This document shows positions 21,166 to 32,600 of a DNA stretch of 64,000 nucleotides, piece after piece. Location: contig OZ059897.1 of NCBI GenBank assembly GCA_964057225.1, positions 10,788,001 to 10,852,000 of the forward strand, in the 5' to 3' direction. The notes beneath the pieces are model-generated. The model was not told the DNA's origin. It saw nothing but the letters and a program-made list of their open reading frames with translations, and searched no databases. The position numbers and the translations under genes were made by a program. Origin of the DNA: Auanema rhodensis. Its lineage: Eukaryota > Animalia > Nematoda. Within the stretch, counting starts at the first letter, position 1, and each line of letters begins with the position of its first letter.

Positions 21166-24100
21166 TTAATGACATCTCTTTAAAGTTTGTTTTATAATTG
21201 CTGCAGCGCGAGCAATAAAATAAGTTTGACGAAGATGTGTGATCAAAAATTCTTTTCCTTGATGAAAAGATGCGCGATGAGCGTCCATAATTATGTGTTG
21301 AGTGAATAATGAGTTGCGAGGAAGATAAATTGGGTTTTTTGTATCATAGGATAGTAAAGAATTTTGTAATCGGCTTCTTACTCGAATTATCTCGTTATCA
21401 TAATGATAGAAATGATAACCAGGATATTGTCGTCGTAAATCATCAATAATGAGATGATCTTGAGCTTGTCGAATTAAAATAGTACGTATTATCTTCAAAT
21501 CAGTTGTTAAAACGGGATATGATGTTGATATTTGTGAAATATTCCGTAATTTATGTCCATTTTGATTTTTAAATGTTTTTAAATGCCAAATTTTTATAAT
21601 TTTAGCCAAACGGGCTAACAAACGTAAAGTTGCAAAATGACCGTTATGATAAGCTAGGTTATGTTCCAAGGGTACAGATATAGCTTGAGCTATAAGTAAT
21701 GATACAGGTGAAACATGCATCACTTGCAAGGAACCATATGGTGTTAAAGCTTGAACGGTTCTGTTAAGAATCCGCTGTGGTCCAAGAAGCCACATAGATT
21801 CCTGAAGTTGATATTTATTGGCTCCTCGTGAACCAATGTCAGCCGGATTATAATCCGTAGTAACATGGTAAAATTGAACATTAATCGAATGTTCTTCTAA
21901 TACACGGGTCATATGTTGTACATTTTGAACTTGTTTTGCTATGAAGTCAGGTAATTGCTTATTTGTTAAAATCCATGATAACGCAATGCTGCTATCACTT
22001 ACAATATTTAGTTTTTTACATGGTAATTCCATTAATATTGTGTGAGAAAGTCTCATAGCTAATCGAATAGCTAAGAGTTCCATGCGTGAAATTGTAATTG
22101 GTGTTTTAGGAGATAAGCGGCTTTTACCTGCTAGAATAGAACTCATTTTGTTGTTTGTCTGTATGTAAGCACACACAGCTAACGCTGTTGAACTAGCGTC
22201 AGCAAAGACCCATAATGTACCTTCTTCAATAGATGGTGATAGTACACGAGGTACAGTAATCTTAGCATAATTAATCTCGTTAATTATTGATGTCCAAGAG
22301 GCTGATAATTCAGAAGGTATAGTATCATCCCATTCTGTTTTAAGTGCAAAAATATCTCTAAGAATAACCTTCAAGGGTAAAATTAATGGATTTGTTATAC
22401 CAAAAGGATCATAAACTGAATGTAATTGTTGTAATGCGTTTCGTTTGGTTACTGTTGAGAGTTCCGGTATATTGAATCGAATTGAAAGGGAATCACTTAG
22501 AGCATTATAAGGTACTCCAAGAATTTTTAGTGGACAATCAGAGAGAATATCATCTTTATGAAGGTGCTGAAGAGCTTCTGACTTATTCGATGCGAATTCA
22601 CAAACATGCATCGAAATATTTTGAAATAATTGTTGTGTAAGTGAACATTTCTGTTGAGCTTCATCTATACTATCAGCAAATAATAGAATATTATCTACAT
22701 ATAATGTATTTAATAATTCATCTGATAAGTCAGTATTCAAAGAGCTTAAATACCAATTTACACTCATGTTTAGAACGCTAGGTGAGGCAGTCAATCCAAA
22801 TGGTATGCGTTTGAATCGAAAAACCTTAGTATTACTTGAGTTACAACTTCCTTGAGGATTCTTTACCCAAAAGAAACGGCAAAGATCCCGATGTTGCTTC
22901 TGTAAGCCTACTTGTGAAAAGGCTGATTGAATATCACAAGTAATAATGATTGGTTTTATTCTGGAAGCAATGAGAATGTTGAAAATATTGTTCACAAAAC
23001 TTTTTCCAGTATATAGTATGTCGTTAAGGGATAATTTACCCTTAGTTTTAGCTGAAGCATCGAAAACAACTCGTAAAGGTTTATTCGGCTTGTTTGTATT
23101 CCATACCCCATGATGTGGAATATAATGACATATAATATCAGAATTATGATTATTGTTGGAAGTTTCAAAAGGAACTTCTTCAATGATACCGTTATCGATA
23201 TAATCATCAATAATTTTACTGTACATTTCCAATTTCGAAGGATTTGCTTGTAAAGTTTTGAACAATGCCAAAAATCGATAAAAGGCTAAACCTTTATTAT
23301 CTGGTAATTGATGATAATTTGATTTCAATGGTAAAGGAGCTTCAATACGATGATTGGTTAGTGTCAACTGTTTTGAATAATCTTCGTAATAATCAATAGT
23401 TGTGTCAATTCCAGCTTCAGAAATATTAATTCCTAAGCTATCAATTTCAAATATGTATCGAAGCATATCATTATGTTGTAATGGTTTATCATTAATTGTT
23501 ATTAACGTAACAGAATGATTTTGATATGGTATTTCCCCATACAAGGTATAACCGAAACTGGTATTCTGCATTCTTAATGTAGAAGGTAACTCAAGTTCAG
23601 AATTCATATGAACGAATAACTTATAGCGATCTAATCCAATTAGAATATCTGGTTCAAATGCCTGACCATCAATCATTGGATTAGCTAAAGTTATATTGTT
23701 TCTTTTAATGAATGAACGATCATTATTGTCTAAAAGTGGAGCTCTTAATGATGTAGCTATGAATGGTTTCGTAAGCATGTTGGTTATGATGATACTGCCA
23801 TTAAAAGTATAAAAAATAGTTTTCACTTCTTTACATTCATGTGTTTCGCTGAGGCCACCTATTCCAAAGAATGTGCGATGTTGAACTTTGTTAATAGGCA
23901 ATTGAAGATCCTTAGCTCTACGTAGATCCTTAGCACTACGTATGAAAGACCGCATTGAGCCACTGTCAATCACTACCTTTACTGTGATATATTTATTTTG
24001 TGTGTAACTGAATATATGTGTCATAGCTGTTTTCAATACAATTTGACTCATCTCGATATCATGGGTATCCTCGGTATGTGTAAGCAATTGTAATTGTGTA

Positions 24101-24264
24101 TTCTTAGGTTCAGTAACTATTAATGTTACTGGTAGATGATTGAAAAATGCTGGTTGTACTGTAGGTACTGTTTGTATTACAGTTGGTGTAGAAATGATGT
24201 CATTTTTATTTTGTGAGACTGTAAGGTCTGGAGTTTGTTGTCCTGCACTTTCTGTTATGATCAT
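21166..24264 (-). CDS. pol: Aspartic protease, reverse transcriptase, RNase H, start of integrase Zn finger (frame is open from 24576)
   Basis: VIDSGS, PDILIGLD, YIPHHGV, LRVVFDAS, DIQSAF, IPFGLTASP, YVDN, FADAS, NPAD, AHRASFH. Confidence 0.95.
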   Translation of the reverse strand: MIITESAGQQTPDLTVSQNKNDIISTPTVIQTVPTVQPAFFNHLPVTLIVTEPKNTQLQLLTHTEDTHDIEMSQIVLKTAMTHIFSYTQNKYITVKVVIDSGSMRSFIRSAKDLRRAKDLQLPINKVQHRTFFGIGGLSETHECKEVKTIFYTFNGSIIITNMLTKPFIATSLRAPLLDNNDRSFIKRNNITLANPMIDGQAFEPDILIGLDRYKLFVHMNSELELPSTLRMQNTSFGYTLYGEIPYQNHSVTLITINDKPLQHNDMLRYIFEIDSLGINISEAGIDTTIDYYEDYSKQLTLTNHRIEAPLPLKSNYHQLPDNKGLAFYRFLALFKTLQANPSKLEMYSKIIDDYIDNGIIEEVPFETSNNNHNSDIICHYIPHHGVWNTNKPNKPLRVVFDASAKTKGKLSLNDILYTGKSFVNNIFNILIASRIKPIIITCDIQSAFSQVGLQKQHRDLCRFFWVKNPQGSCNSSNTKVFRFKRIPFGLTASPSVLNMSVNWYLSSLNTDLSDELLNTLYVDNILLFADSIDEAQQKCSLTQQLFQNISMHVCEFASNKSEALQHLHKDDILSDCPLKILGVPYNALSDSLSIRFNIPELSTVTKRNALQQLHSVYDPFGITNPLILPLKVILRDIFALKTEWDDTIPSELSASWTSIINEINYAKITVPRVLSPSIEEGTLWVFADASSTALAVCAYIQTNNKMSSILAGKSRLSPKTPITISRMELLAIRLAMRLSHTILMELPCKKLNIVSDSSIALSWILTNKQLPDFIAKQVQNVQHMTRVLEEHSINVQFYHVTTDYNPADIGSRGANKYQLQESMWLLGPQRILNRTVQALTPYGSLQVMHVSPVSLLIAQAISVPLEHNLAYHNGHFATLRLLARLAKIIKIWHLKTFKNQNGHKLRNISQISTSYPVLTTDLKIIRTILIRQAQDHLIIDDLRRQYPGYHFYHYDNEIIRVRSRLQNSLLSYDTKNPIYLPRNSLFTQHIIMDAHRASFHQGKEFLITHLRQTYFIARAAAIIKQTLKRCH

Positions 24265-24576
24265 GCTTGTGGACGATATAGGTTTTACAGGACTCTTTGT
24301 TTCACGATCTAAATTTAGACATAAGCAACTGTTGTGTTCATTTTTGCATTTCGGGCATTTCGGTCGAGAACAATCACGACTGCGATGTGAAGTAGAGAAA
24401 CAAAGCCAGCATACTTCTTTGTTCTTTAAGATTTCACGTTTTTTCTGTGGTGTGTCATAAGTACGGCAATAATAAGATGGATGTCCTTCTTTACCACAAA
24501 AAACACAAGTCCAAATCTTTTTAGTGGATTTGTCGAAAGTTTTATCAACATGTTTTCCACGATTTGGTGAATTATG

Positions 24577-25629
24577 TCAGTCATGTTCTGAATTTCGTTT
24601 TCTAGTGTCCATTAAACTGAATTCATAAATTCGTGAAGAGAGATGTTGATAAATGTCATCCATTGATTGATCTAGAGGATCTGGTTGACGATATAGTTCA
24701 CTCATTATATAATGAGGAAATTTTTCAGCGCAAATAGCAAAGAAAAATGCAGGACCAATATGACTTCCAGCGGCTGTAATTTGACGATCATAGCTTTGGA
24801 TCAAATCAAATAATTGCTTACAGCTTTTTGCATCAGAAGCAGGAGATAAATTTTTCTTTTTCCTCAATAATTGAAGTTTATCTGTAGCATATCTCATATA
24901 TGCATCTTCAAGTGCTTTTCTCAGTAAGAGATAGTTGTTTTCATTAGGTTCAATACCCCTTATAACGACCAAAGCTTTATCGGATAAGCCTTCGAGTAAA
25001 ATGTTCACTTTATCAAGTATGGAATATTGTGAATTTTGATGTATCATGTTATTAAATCTTGACCAATAGAGTTTGAAATTTTCGGGTGTACCATCGAAAG
25101 TCGGTATTTGTGTTACCGGACGTTGAATGTGATTGCTTGTTTGTAACAATTGTAATAAATTTGAATAAATTTGTGTTGTTTCGGCACCAGTGCTTTCGAT
25201 TACTTTTTCTTTCTTTTTCTCGGGAAGTAGTGATTCCACGAATGCAATTGCTGTTTTAATATGACTGATACGGTCAAGGAATAATAACCTTTGTTCGTCA
25301 GCTATATTGTAAGCTTGACGATTGTTTGGATTTTCTTCAAGTTCTTCGTATAATGCTTTCATTTCGTTTCGAAGTTCCTTATCAGAATCTTTGAAAACGG
25401 TTTGGTATTTTTCTATGTTTCTGTTCACTGTGTCGAGAGCAGTAGAGAGCTCGTTCAATACCAATTCATGATTGCGTAAAGTTGATTGCAGTAAAATAAT
25501 TCTATCGTATGTTATTTCTGAATCAGATACCCCGGCGGGTTCGTTGTCGAGAAGATTTGCGTAACGTTTGAGCAAAACGGATAAGAAGTCGTATGAACGA
25601 CGAATTTTGTCAACAAATGAGGAGGCCAT
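24577..25629 (-). CDS. gag: Gag (coiled-coil plus capsid-like region); nucleocapsid knuckles follow the in-frame TGA
   Basis: IPTFDGTPENFKLYWSRF...DKVNILLEGL...NYLLLRKALEDAY is typical BEL Gag; position downstream of PBS. Confidence 0.9.
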   Translation of the reverse strand: MASSFVDKIRRSYDFLSVLLKRYANLLDNEPAGVSDSEITYDRIILLQSTLRNHELVLNELSTALDTVNRNIEKYQTVFKDSDKELRNEMKALYEELEENPNNRQAYNIADEQRLLFLDRISHIKTAIAFVESLLPEKKKEKVIESTGAETTQIYSNLLQLLQTSNHIQRPVTQIPTFDGTPENFKLYWSRFNNMIHQNSQYSILDKVNILLEGLSDKALVVIRGIEPNENNYLLLRKALEDAYMRYATDKLQLLRKKKNLSPASDAKSCKQLFDLIQSYDRQITAAGSHIGPAFFFAICAEKFPHYIMSELYRQPDPLDQSMDDIYQHLSSRIYEFSLMDTRKRNSEHD

Positions 25630-25898
25630 TTCTAACGCTGTGTGAGGCGTAATAGGTAAGCTTCTATAGCTGATAATGATAAATAAAATTCAGAAAATGA
25701 AAGTGAACAAGAAATGAAAGTTGTACAAAGTACAACAAATGAGTATGAGATATACGACTTGTCGTATCTTGGAGCGTTATTATGCTCCGAAATTATATCG
25801 ATTACTGCAGGCAAATTCACGCCTGAGCTGATGGACTTAAGAGTCGCCACCAAATCAAATGATAAAGTACCTGTTGAAGCAGTGACCTGAGTCGTGAT

Positions 25899-25911
25899 GG
25901 TCGATGCACCA
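25899..25911 (-). promoter_or_regulatory. Primer-binding site for tRNA-Gly(GCC)
   Basis: - strand TGGTGCATCGACC, 1 nt from the 5' LTR; complements the 3' end (...GGUCGAUGCA-CCA) of invertebrate tRNA-Gly(GCC) as I recall it. Confidence 0.88.
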
Positions 25912-25912
25912 A

Positions 25913-26208
25913 TGTCGCTTCGGCGAAGGTATTCGGTTGTCGGTATTCCGCTGAGAATTAATAGAACAGATAGCCAGCGGTAGAATGCTTTATTAAAGAA
26001 TTAACAATTCAACAAAATATAGATCGTCTATAGTCCGTTGAGGTTTGGTTGAGGTATATCGTATTTTCCGATCCCAAGGATGAAGATATGGGAAGGCGGG
26101 CCGAAAAGTACAATCTGAAATAGACAAAGTAAAGGAAAACGATAAAAACAAAACTGAAATGGAACAAAACATAGAAAAAAGGATAAAAAATAATCGCTAA
26201 CCGCGACA
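25913..26208 (-). repeat. 5' LTR of copy 1 (296 bp)
   Basis: TGTCGC...GCGACA; adjacent to PBS; followed by TSD TAGTT. Confidence 0.96.
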
Positions 26209-26223
26209 TAGTTTGTAATACCG

Positions 26224-26289
26224 GCCCAAGTAGTATAGTGGTTAGTACTCCACGTTGTGGCCGTACAGGTTCGATTCCTGTCTTGGGCA
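26224..26289 (+). pseudogene. tRNA-His pseudogene with 6-bp deletion (GGCGAC) next to the 5' LTR
   Basis: GCCGT-ACAGG instead of GCCGT-GGCGAC-ACAGG; removes part of the 3' anticodon stem and the variable loop. Confidence 0.9.
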
Positions 26290-26549
26290 TTTTTTGTTTT
26301 GAAATTTAAATGCTATAAAATTATTGCTTGCTTGTCATGTTAGATTTGTTTAATTTAAATACTTATTTAAGTTCCAACAATTTTCGATTTAATCACGTTC
26401 AATTAACTGTATTGTTTTCAAAAATAAAGACATCTTTCAATTTCTGGTCATTGAATTAGAATTTTCATGTTGTCACACAGGAAATGAAGAATCTTAGTTC
26501 ATTTCAGTAACAATGAACACACTAACTTTGTTAAGTTGTTGTAATATCG

Positions 26550-26621
26550 GCCCAAGTAGTATAGTGGTTAGTACTCCACGTTGTGGCCGTGGCGACACAG
26601 GTTCGATTCCTGTCTTGGGCA
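26550..26621 (+). tRNA. tRNA-His(GTG), first intact gene of block 2
   Basis: Consensus tRNA body. Confidence 0.95.
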
Positions 26622-29600
26622 TTTTTTGTTTTGAAATTTAAATGCTATAAACATATTGCTTGCTTGTCTTGTTAGATTTGTTTAATTCAAATACTTATTT
26701 AAGTTCTAACAATTTTCGATTTAATCACGTTCAATTAACTGTATTGTTTTCAAAAATAAAGACATCTTTCAATTTCTGGTCATTGAATTAGAATTTTCAT
26801 GTTGTCACACAGGAAATGAAGAATCTTAGTTCATTTCAGTAACAATGAACACACTAACTTTGTTAAGTTGTTGTAATATCGGCCCAAGTAGTATAGTGGT
26901 TAGTACTCCACGTTGTGGCCGTGGCGACACAGGTTCGATTCCTGTCTTGGGCATTTTTTGTTTTGAAATTTAAATGCTATAAACATATTGCTTGCTTGTC
27001 TTGTTAGATTTGTTTAATTCAAATACTTATTTAAGTTCTAACAATTTTCGATTTAATCACGTTCAATTAACTGTATTGTTTTCAAAAATAAAGACATCTT
27101 TCAATTTTTGGTCATTGATTAGAATTTTCATGTTGTCACACAGAAATTGAAGAATCTTAGTTCATTTCAGTAACAATGAACACACTAACTTTGTTAAGTT
27201 GTTGTAATATCGGCCCAAGTAGTATAGTGGTTAGTACTCCACGTTGTGGCCGTGGCGACACAGGTTCGATTCCTGTCTTGGGCATTTTTTGTTTTGAAAT
27301 TTAAATGCTATAAAATTATTGCTTGCTTGTCATGTTAGATTTGTTTAATTCAAATACTTATTTAAGTTCTAACAATTTTTGATTTAATCACGTTCAATTA
27401 ACTGTATTGTTTTCAAAAATAAAGACATCTTTCAATTTCTGGTCATTGAATTAGAATTTTCATGTTGTCACACAGGAAATGAAGAATCTTAGTTCATTTC
27501 AGTAACAATGAACACACTAACTTTGTTAAGTTGTTGTAATATCGGCCCAAGTAGTATAGTGGTTAGTACTCCACGTTGTGGCCGTGGCGACACAGGTTCG
27601 ATTCCTGTCTTGGGCATTTTTTGTTTTGAAATTTAAATGCTATAAACATATTGCTTGCTTGTCTTGTTAGATTTGTTTAATTCAAATACTTATTTAAGTT
27701 CTAACAATTTTCGATTTAATCACGTTCAATCAACTATATTGTTTTCAAAAATGAAGACATCTTTCAATTTTTGGTCATTGATTAGAATTTTCATGTTGTC
27801 ACACAGAAATTGAAGAATCTTAGTTCATTTCAGTAACAATGAACACACTAACTTTGTTAAGTTGTTGTAATATCGGCCCAAGTAGTATAGTGGTTAGTAC
27901 TCCACGTTGTGGCCGTGGCGACACAGGTTCGATTCCTGTCTTGGGCATTTTTTGTTTTGAAATTTAAATGCTATAAAATTATTGCTTGCTTGTCATGTTA
28001 GATTTGTTTAATTCAAATACTTATTTAAGTTCTAACAATTTTTGATTTAATCACGTTCAATTAACTGTATTGTTTTCAAAAATAAAGACATCTTTCAATT
28101 TCTGGTCATTGAATTAGAATTTTCATGTTGTCACACAGGAAATGAAGAATCTTAGTTCATTTCAGTAACAATGAACACAATAATTTTGTTTAGTTTGTAA
28201 TACCGGCCCAAGTAGTATAGTGGTTAGTACTCCACGTTGTGGCCGTGGCGACACAGGTTCGATTCCTGTCTTGGGCATTTTTTGTTTTAAAATTTAAATG
28301 CTATAAAATTATTGCTTGCTTGTCATGTTAGATTTGTTTAATTTAAATACTCATTTAAGTTCCAACAATTTTTGATTAAATCACGTTCATTTAACTGTAT
28401 TGTTTTCAAAAATAAAGACAAAATTCAATTTCTGTTCATTGAATTAGAATTTTCATGTTGTCACACAGAAATTGAAGAATCTTAGTTCATTTCAGTAACA
28501 ATGAACACACTAACTTTGTTAAGTTGTTGTAATATCGGCCCAAGTAGTATAGTGGTTAGTACTCCACGTTGTGGCCGTGGCGACACAGGTTCGATTCCTG
28601 TCTTGGGCATTTTTTGTTTTGAAATTTAAATGCTATAAACATATTGCTTGCTTGTCATGTTAGATTTCTTTAATTTGAATACTTATTCAAGTTATAACAA
28701 TTTTTGATTTAATCACGTTCAATTAACTGTATTGTTTTCAAAAATAAAGACATCTTTCAATTTCTGGTCATTGAATTAGAATTTTCATGTTGTCACACAG
28801 AAATTGAAGAATCTTAGTTCATTTCAGTAACAATGAACACACTAACTTTGTTAAGTTGTTGTAATATCGGCTCAAGTAGTATAGTGGTTAGTACTCCACG
28901 TTGTGGCCGTGGCGACACAGGTTCGATTCCTGTCTTGGGCATTTTTTGTTTTGAAATTAAAATGCTATAAAATTATTGCTTGCTTGTCTTGTTAGATTTC
29001 TTTAATTTGAATACTTATTCAAGTTATAACAATTTTCGATTTAATCACGTTCAATCAACTGTATTGTTTTCAAAAATAAAGACATCTTTCAATTTCTGGT
29101 CATTGAATTAGAATTTTCATGTTGTCACACAGAAATTGAAGAATCTTAGTTCATTTCAGTAACAATGAACACACTAACTTTGTTAAGTTGTTGTAATATC
29201 GGCCCAAGTAGTATAGTGGTTAGTACTCCACGTTGTGGCCGTGGCGACACAGGTTCGATTCCTGTCTTGGGCATTTTTTGTTTTGAAATTAAAATGCTAT
29301 AAAATTATTGCTTGCTTGTCTTGTTAGATTTCTTTAATTTGAATACTTATTCAAGTTATAACAATTTTCGATTTAATCACGTTCAATCAACTGTATTGTT
29401 TTCAAAAATAAAGACATCTTTCAATTTCTGGTCATTGAATTAGAATTTTCATGTTGTCACACAGAAATTGAAGAATCTTAGTTCATTTCAGTAACAATGA
29501 ACACACTAACTTTGTTAAATTGTTGTAATATCGGCCCAAGTAGTATATTGGTTAGTACTCCACGTTGTGGCCGTGGCGACACAGGTTCGATTCCTGTCTT

Positions 29601-32600
29601 GGGCATTTTTTGTTTTGAAATTAAAATGCTATAAAATTATTGCTTGCTTGTCTTGTTAGATTTGTTAAATTCAAATACTTATTTAAGTTCTAACAATTTT
29701 CGATTTAATCACGTTCAATCAACTGTATTGTTTTCAAAAATAAAGACAAAATTCAATTTCTGTTCGTTGAATTAGAATTTTCATGTTGTCACACAGAAAT
29801 TGAAGAATCTTAGTTCAATTCAGTAACAACGAACACACTAACTTTGTTAAGTTGTTGTAATATCGGCCCAAGTAATATAGTGGTTAGTACTCCACGTTGT
29901 GGCCGTGGCGACACAGATTCGATTCCTGTCTTGGGCATTTTTTGTTTGTTTTGAAATTTAAATGCTATAAACATATTGCTTGCTTGTCTTGTTAGATTTG
30001 TTTAATTCAAATACTTATTTAAGTTCTAACAATTTTCGATTTAATCACGTTCAATCAACTATATTGTTTTCAAAAATGAAGACATCTTTCAATTTTTGGT
30101 CATTGATTAGAATTTTCATGTTGTCACACAGAAATTGAAGAATCTTAGTTCATTTCAGTAACAATGAACACACTAACTTTGTTAAGTTGTTGTAATATCG
30201 GCCCAAGTAGTATAGTGGTTAGTACTCCACGTTGTGGCCGTGGCGACACAGGTTCGATTCCTGTCTTGGGCATTTTTTGTTTTGAAATTTAAATGCTATA
30301 AAATTATTGCTTGCTTGTCATGTTAGATTTGTTTAATTCAAATACTTATTTAAGTTCTAACAATTTTTGATTTAATCACGTTCAATTAACTGTATTGTTT
30401 TCAAAAATAAAGACATCTTTCAATTTCTGGTCATTGAATTAGAATTTTCATGTTGTCACACAGGAAATGAAGAATCTTAGTTCATTTCAGTAACAATGAA
30501 CACAATAATTTTGTTTAGTTTGTAATACCGGCCCAAGTAGTATAGTGGTTAGTACTCCACGTTGTGGCCGTGGCGACACAGGTTCGATTCCTGTCTTGGG
30601 CATTTTTTGTTTTAAAATTTAAATGCTATAAAATTATTGCTTGCTTGTCATGTTAGATTTGTTTAATTTAAATACTCATTTAAGTTCCAACAATTTTTGA
30701 TTAAATCACGTTCATTTAACTGTATTGTTTTCAAAAATAAAGACAAAATTCAATTTCTGTTCATTGAATTAGAATTTTCATGTTGTCACACAGAAATTGA
30801 AGAATCTTAGTTCATTTCAGTAACAATGAACACACTAACTTTGTTAAGTTGTTGTAATATCGGCCCAAGTAGTATAGTGGTTAGTACTCCACGTTGTGGC
30901 CGTGGCGACACAGGTTCGATTCCTGTCTTGGGCATTTTTTGTTTTGAAATTTAAATGCTATAAACATATTGCTTGCTTGTCATGTTAGATTTCTTTAATT
31001 TGAATACTTATTCAAGTTATAACAATTTTTGATTTAATCACGTTCAATTAACTGTATTGTTTTCAAAAATAAAGACATCTTTCAATTTCTGGTCATTGAA
31101 TTAGAATTTTCATGTTGTCACACAGAAATTGAAGAATCTTAGTTCATTTCAGTAACAATGAACACACTAACTTTGTTAAGTTGTTGTAATATCGGCTCAA
31201 GTAGTATAGTGGTTAGTACTCCACGTTGTGGCCGTGGCGACACAGGTTCGATTCCTGTCTTGGGCATTTTTTGTTTTGAAATTAAAATGCTATAAAATTA
31301 TTGCTTGCTTGTCTTGTTAGATTTCTTTAATTTGAATACTTATTCAAGTTATAACAATTTTCGATTTAATCACGTTCAATCAACTGTATTGTTTTCAAAA
31401 ATAAAGACATCTTTCAATTTCTGGTCATTGAATTAGAATTTTCATGTTGTCACACAGAAATTGAAGAATCTTAGTTCATTTCAGTAACAATGAACACACT
31501 AACTTTGTTAAGTTGTTGTAATATCGGCCCAAGTAGTATAGTGGTTAGTACTCCACGTTGTGGCCGTGGCGACACAGGTTCGATTCCTGTCTTGGGCATT
31601 TTTTGTTTTGAAATTAAAATGCTATAAAATTATTGCTTGCTTGTCTTGTTAGATTTCTTTAATTTGAATACTTATTCAAGTTATAACAATTTTCGATTTA
31701 ATCACGTTCAATCAACTGTATTGTTTTCAAAAATAAAGACATCTTTCAATTTCTGGTCATTGAATTAGAATTTTCATGTTGTCACACAGAAATTGAAGAA
31801 TCTTAGTTCATTTCAGTAACAATGAACACACTAACTTTGTTAAATTGTTGTAATATCGGCCCAAGTAGTATATTGGTTAGTACTCCACGTTGTGGCCGTG
31901 GCGACACAGGTTCGATTCCTGTCTTGGGCATTTTTTGTTTTGAAATTAAAATGCTATAAAATTATTGCTTGCTTGTCTTGTTAGATTTGTTAAATTCAAA
32001 TACTTATTTAAGTTCTAACAATTTTCGATTTAATCACGTTCAATCAACTGTATTGTTTTCAAAAATAAAGACAAAATTCAATTTCTGTTCGTTGAATTAG
32101 AATTTTCATGTTGTCACACAGAAATTGAAGAATCTTAGTTCAATTCAGTAACAACGAACACACTAACTTTGTTAAGTTGTTGTAATATCGGCCCAAGTAA
32201 TATAGTGGTTAGTACTCCACGTTGTGGCCGTGGCGACACAGATTCGATTCCTGTCTTGGGCATTTTTTGTTTTGAAATTAAAATGCTACAAAATTATTGC
32301 TTGCTTGTCATGTTAGATTTGTTTAATTCAAATACTTATTTAAGTTCTAACAATTATCGATTTAATCACGTTCAATCAACTGTATTGTTTTCAAAAATAA
32401 AGACATCTTTCAATTTCTGGTCATTGAATTAGAATTTTCATGTTGTCACACAGAAATTGAAGAATCTTAGTTCAATTCAGTAACAATGAACACACTAACT
32501 TTGTTAAGTTGTTGTAATATCGGCCCAAGTAGTATAGTGGTTAGTACTCCACGTTGTGGCCGTGGCGACACAGGTTCGATTCCTGTCTTGGGCATTTTTT

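Larger units (their letters stand above)
17704..25629 (-). pseudogene. Single gag-pol-env polyprotein frame (2,642 codons) interrupted by 4 in-frame stops, copy 1
   Basis: All five ORF fragments share one frame; stops at 24577-24579 (TGA), 21166-21168, 19858-19860, 18148-18150 (TAA); translation across each stop continues conserved motifs. Confidence 0.9.
16927..26208 (-). mobile_element. BEL/Pao (Belpaoviridae) LTR retrotransposon / endogenous virus with env, copy 1 (9,282 bp)
   Basis: Paired 296-bp LTRs, 5-bp TSD, PBS, domain order gag-protease-RT-RNaseH-integrase-env, triple Zn knuckle, RT YVDN motif, BEL-type RNase H (FADAS...TISRMEL...SDS...NPAD) and integrase C-terminus (WKLGRI...LYPLE). 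Confidence 0.97.

Noticed and set aside
17704-25629. Alternative genetic code explaining the in-frame stops
   Set aside because: Only 3-4 stops in ~2,640 codons, of two types, one polymorphic between copies, and TAA also ends the frame; decay is the simpler explanation.
18327-25853. Small nested, antisense or leader ORFs (18327, 20615, 22992, 24140, 25632 and their copy-2 equivalents)
   Set aside because: Shadow frames of the polyprotein or leader, mostly non-ATG starts, no recognisable motifs.
25899-25911. Element primed by the surrounding tRNA-His
   Set aside because: A His PBS would read TGGTGCCCAAG; the observed TGGTGCATCGACC fits tRNA-Gly.
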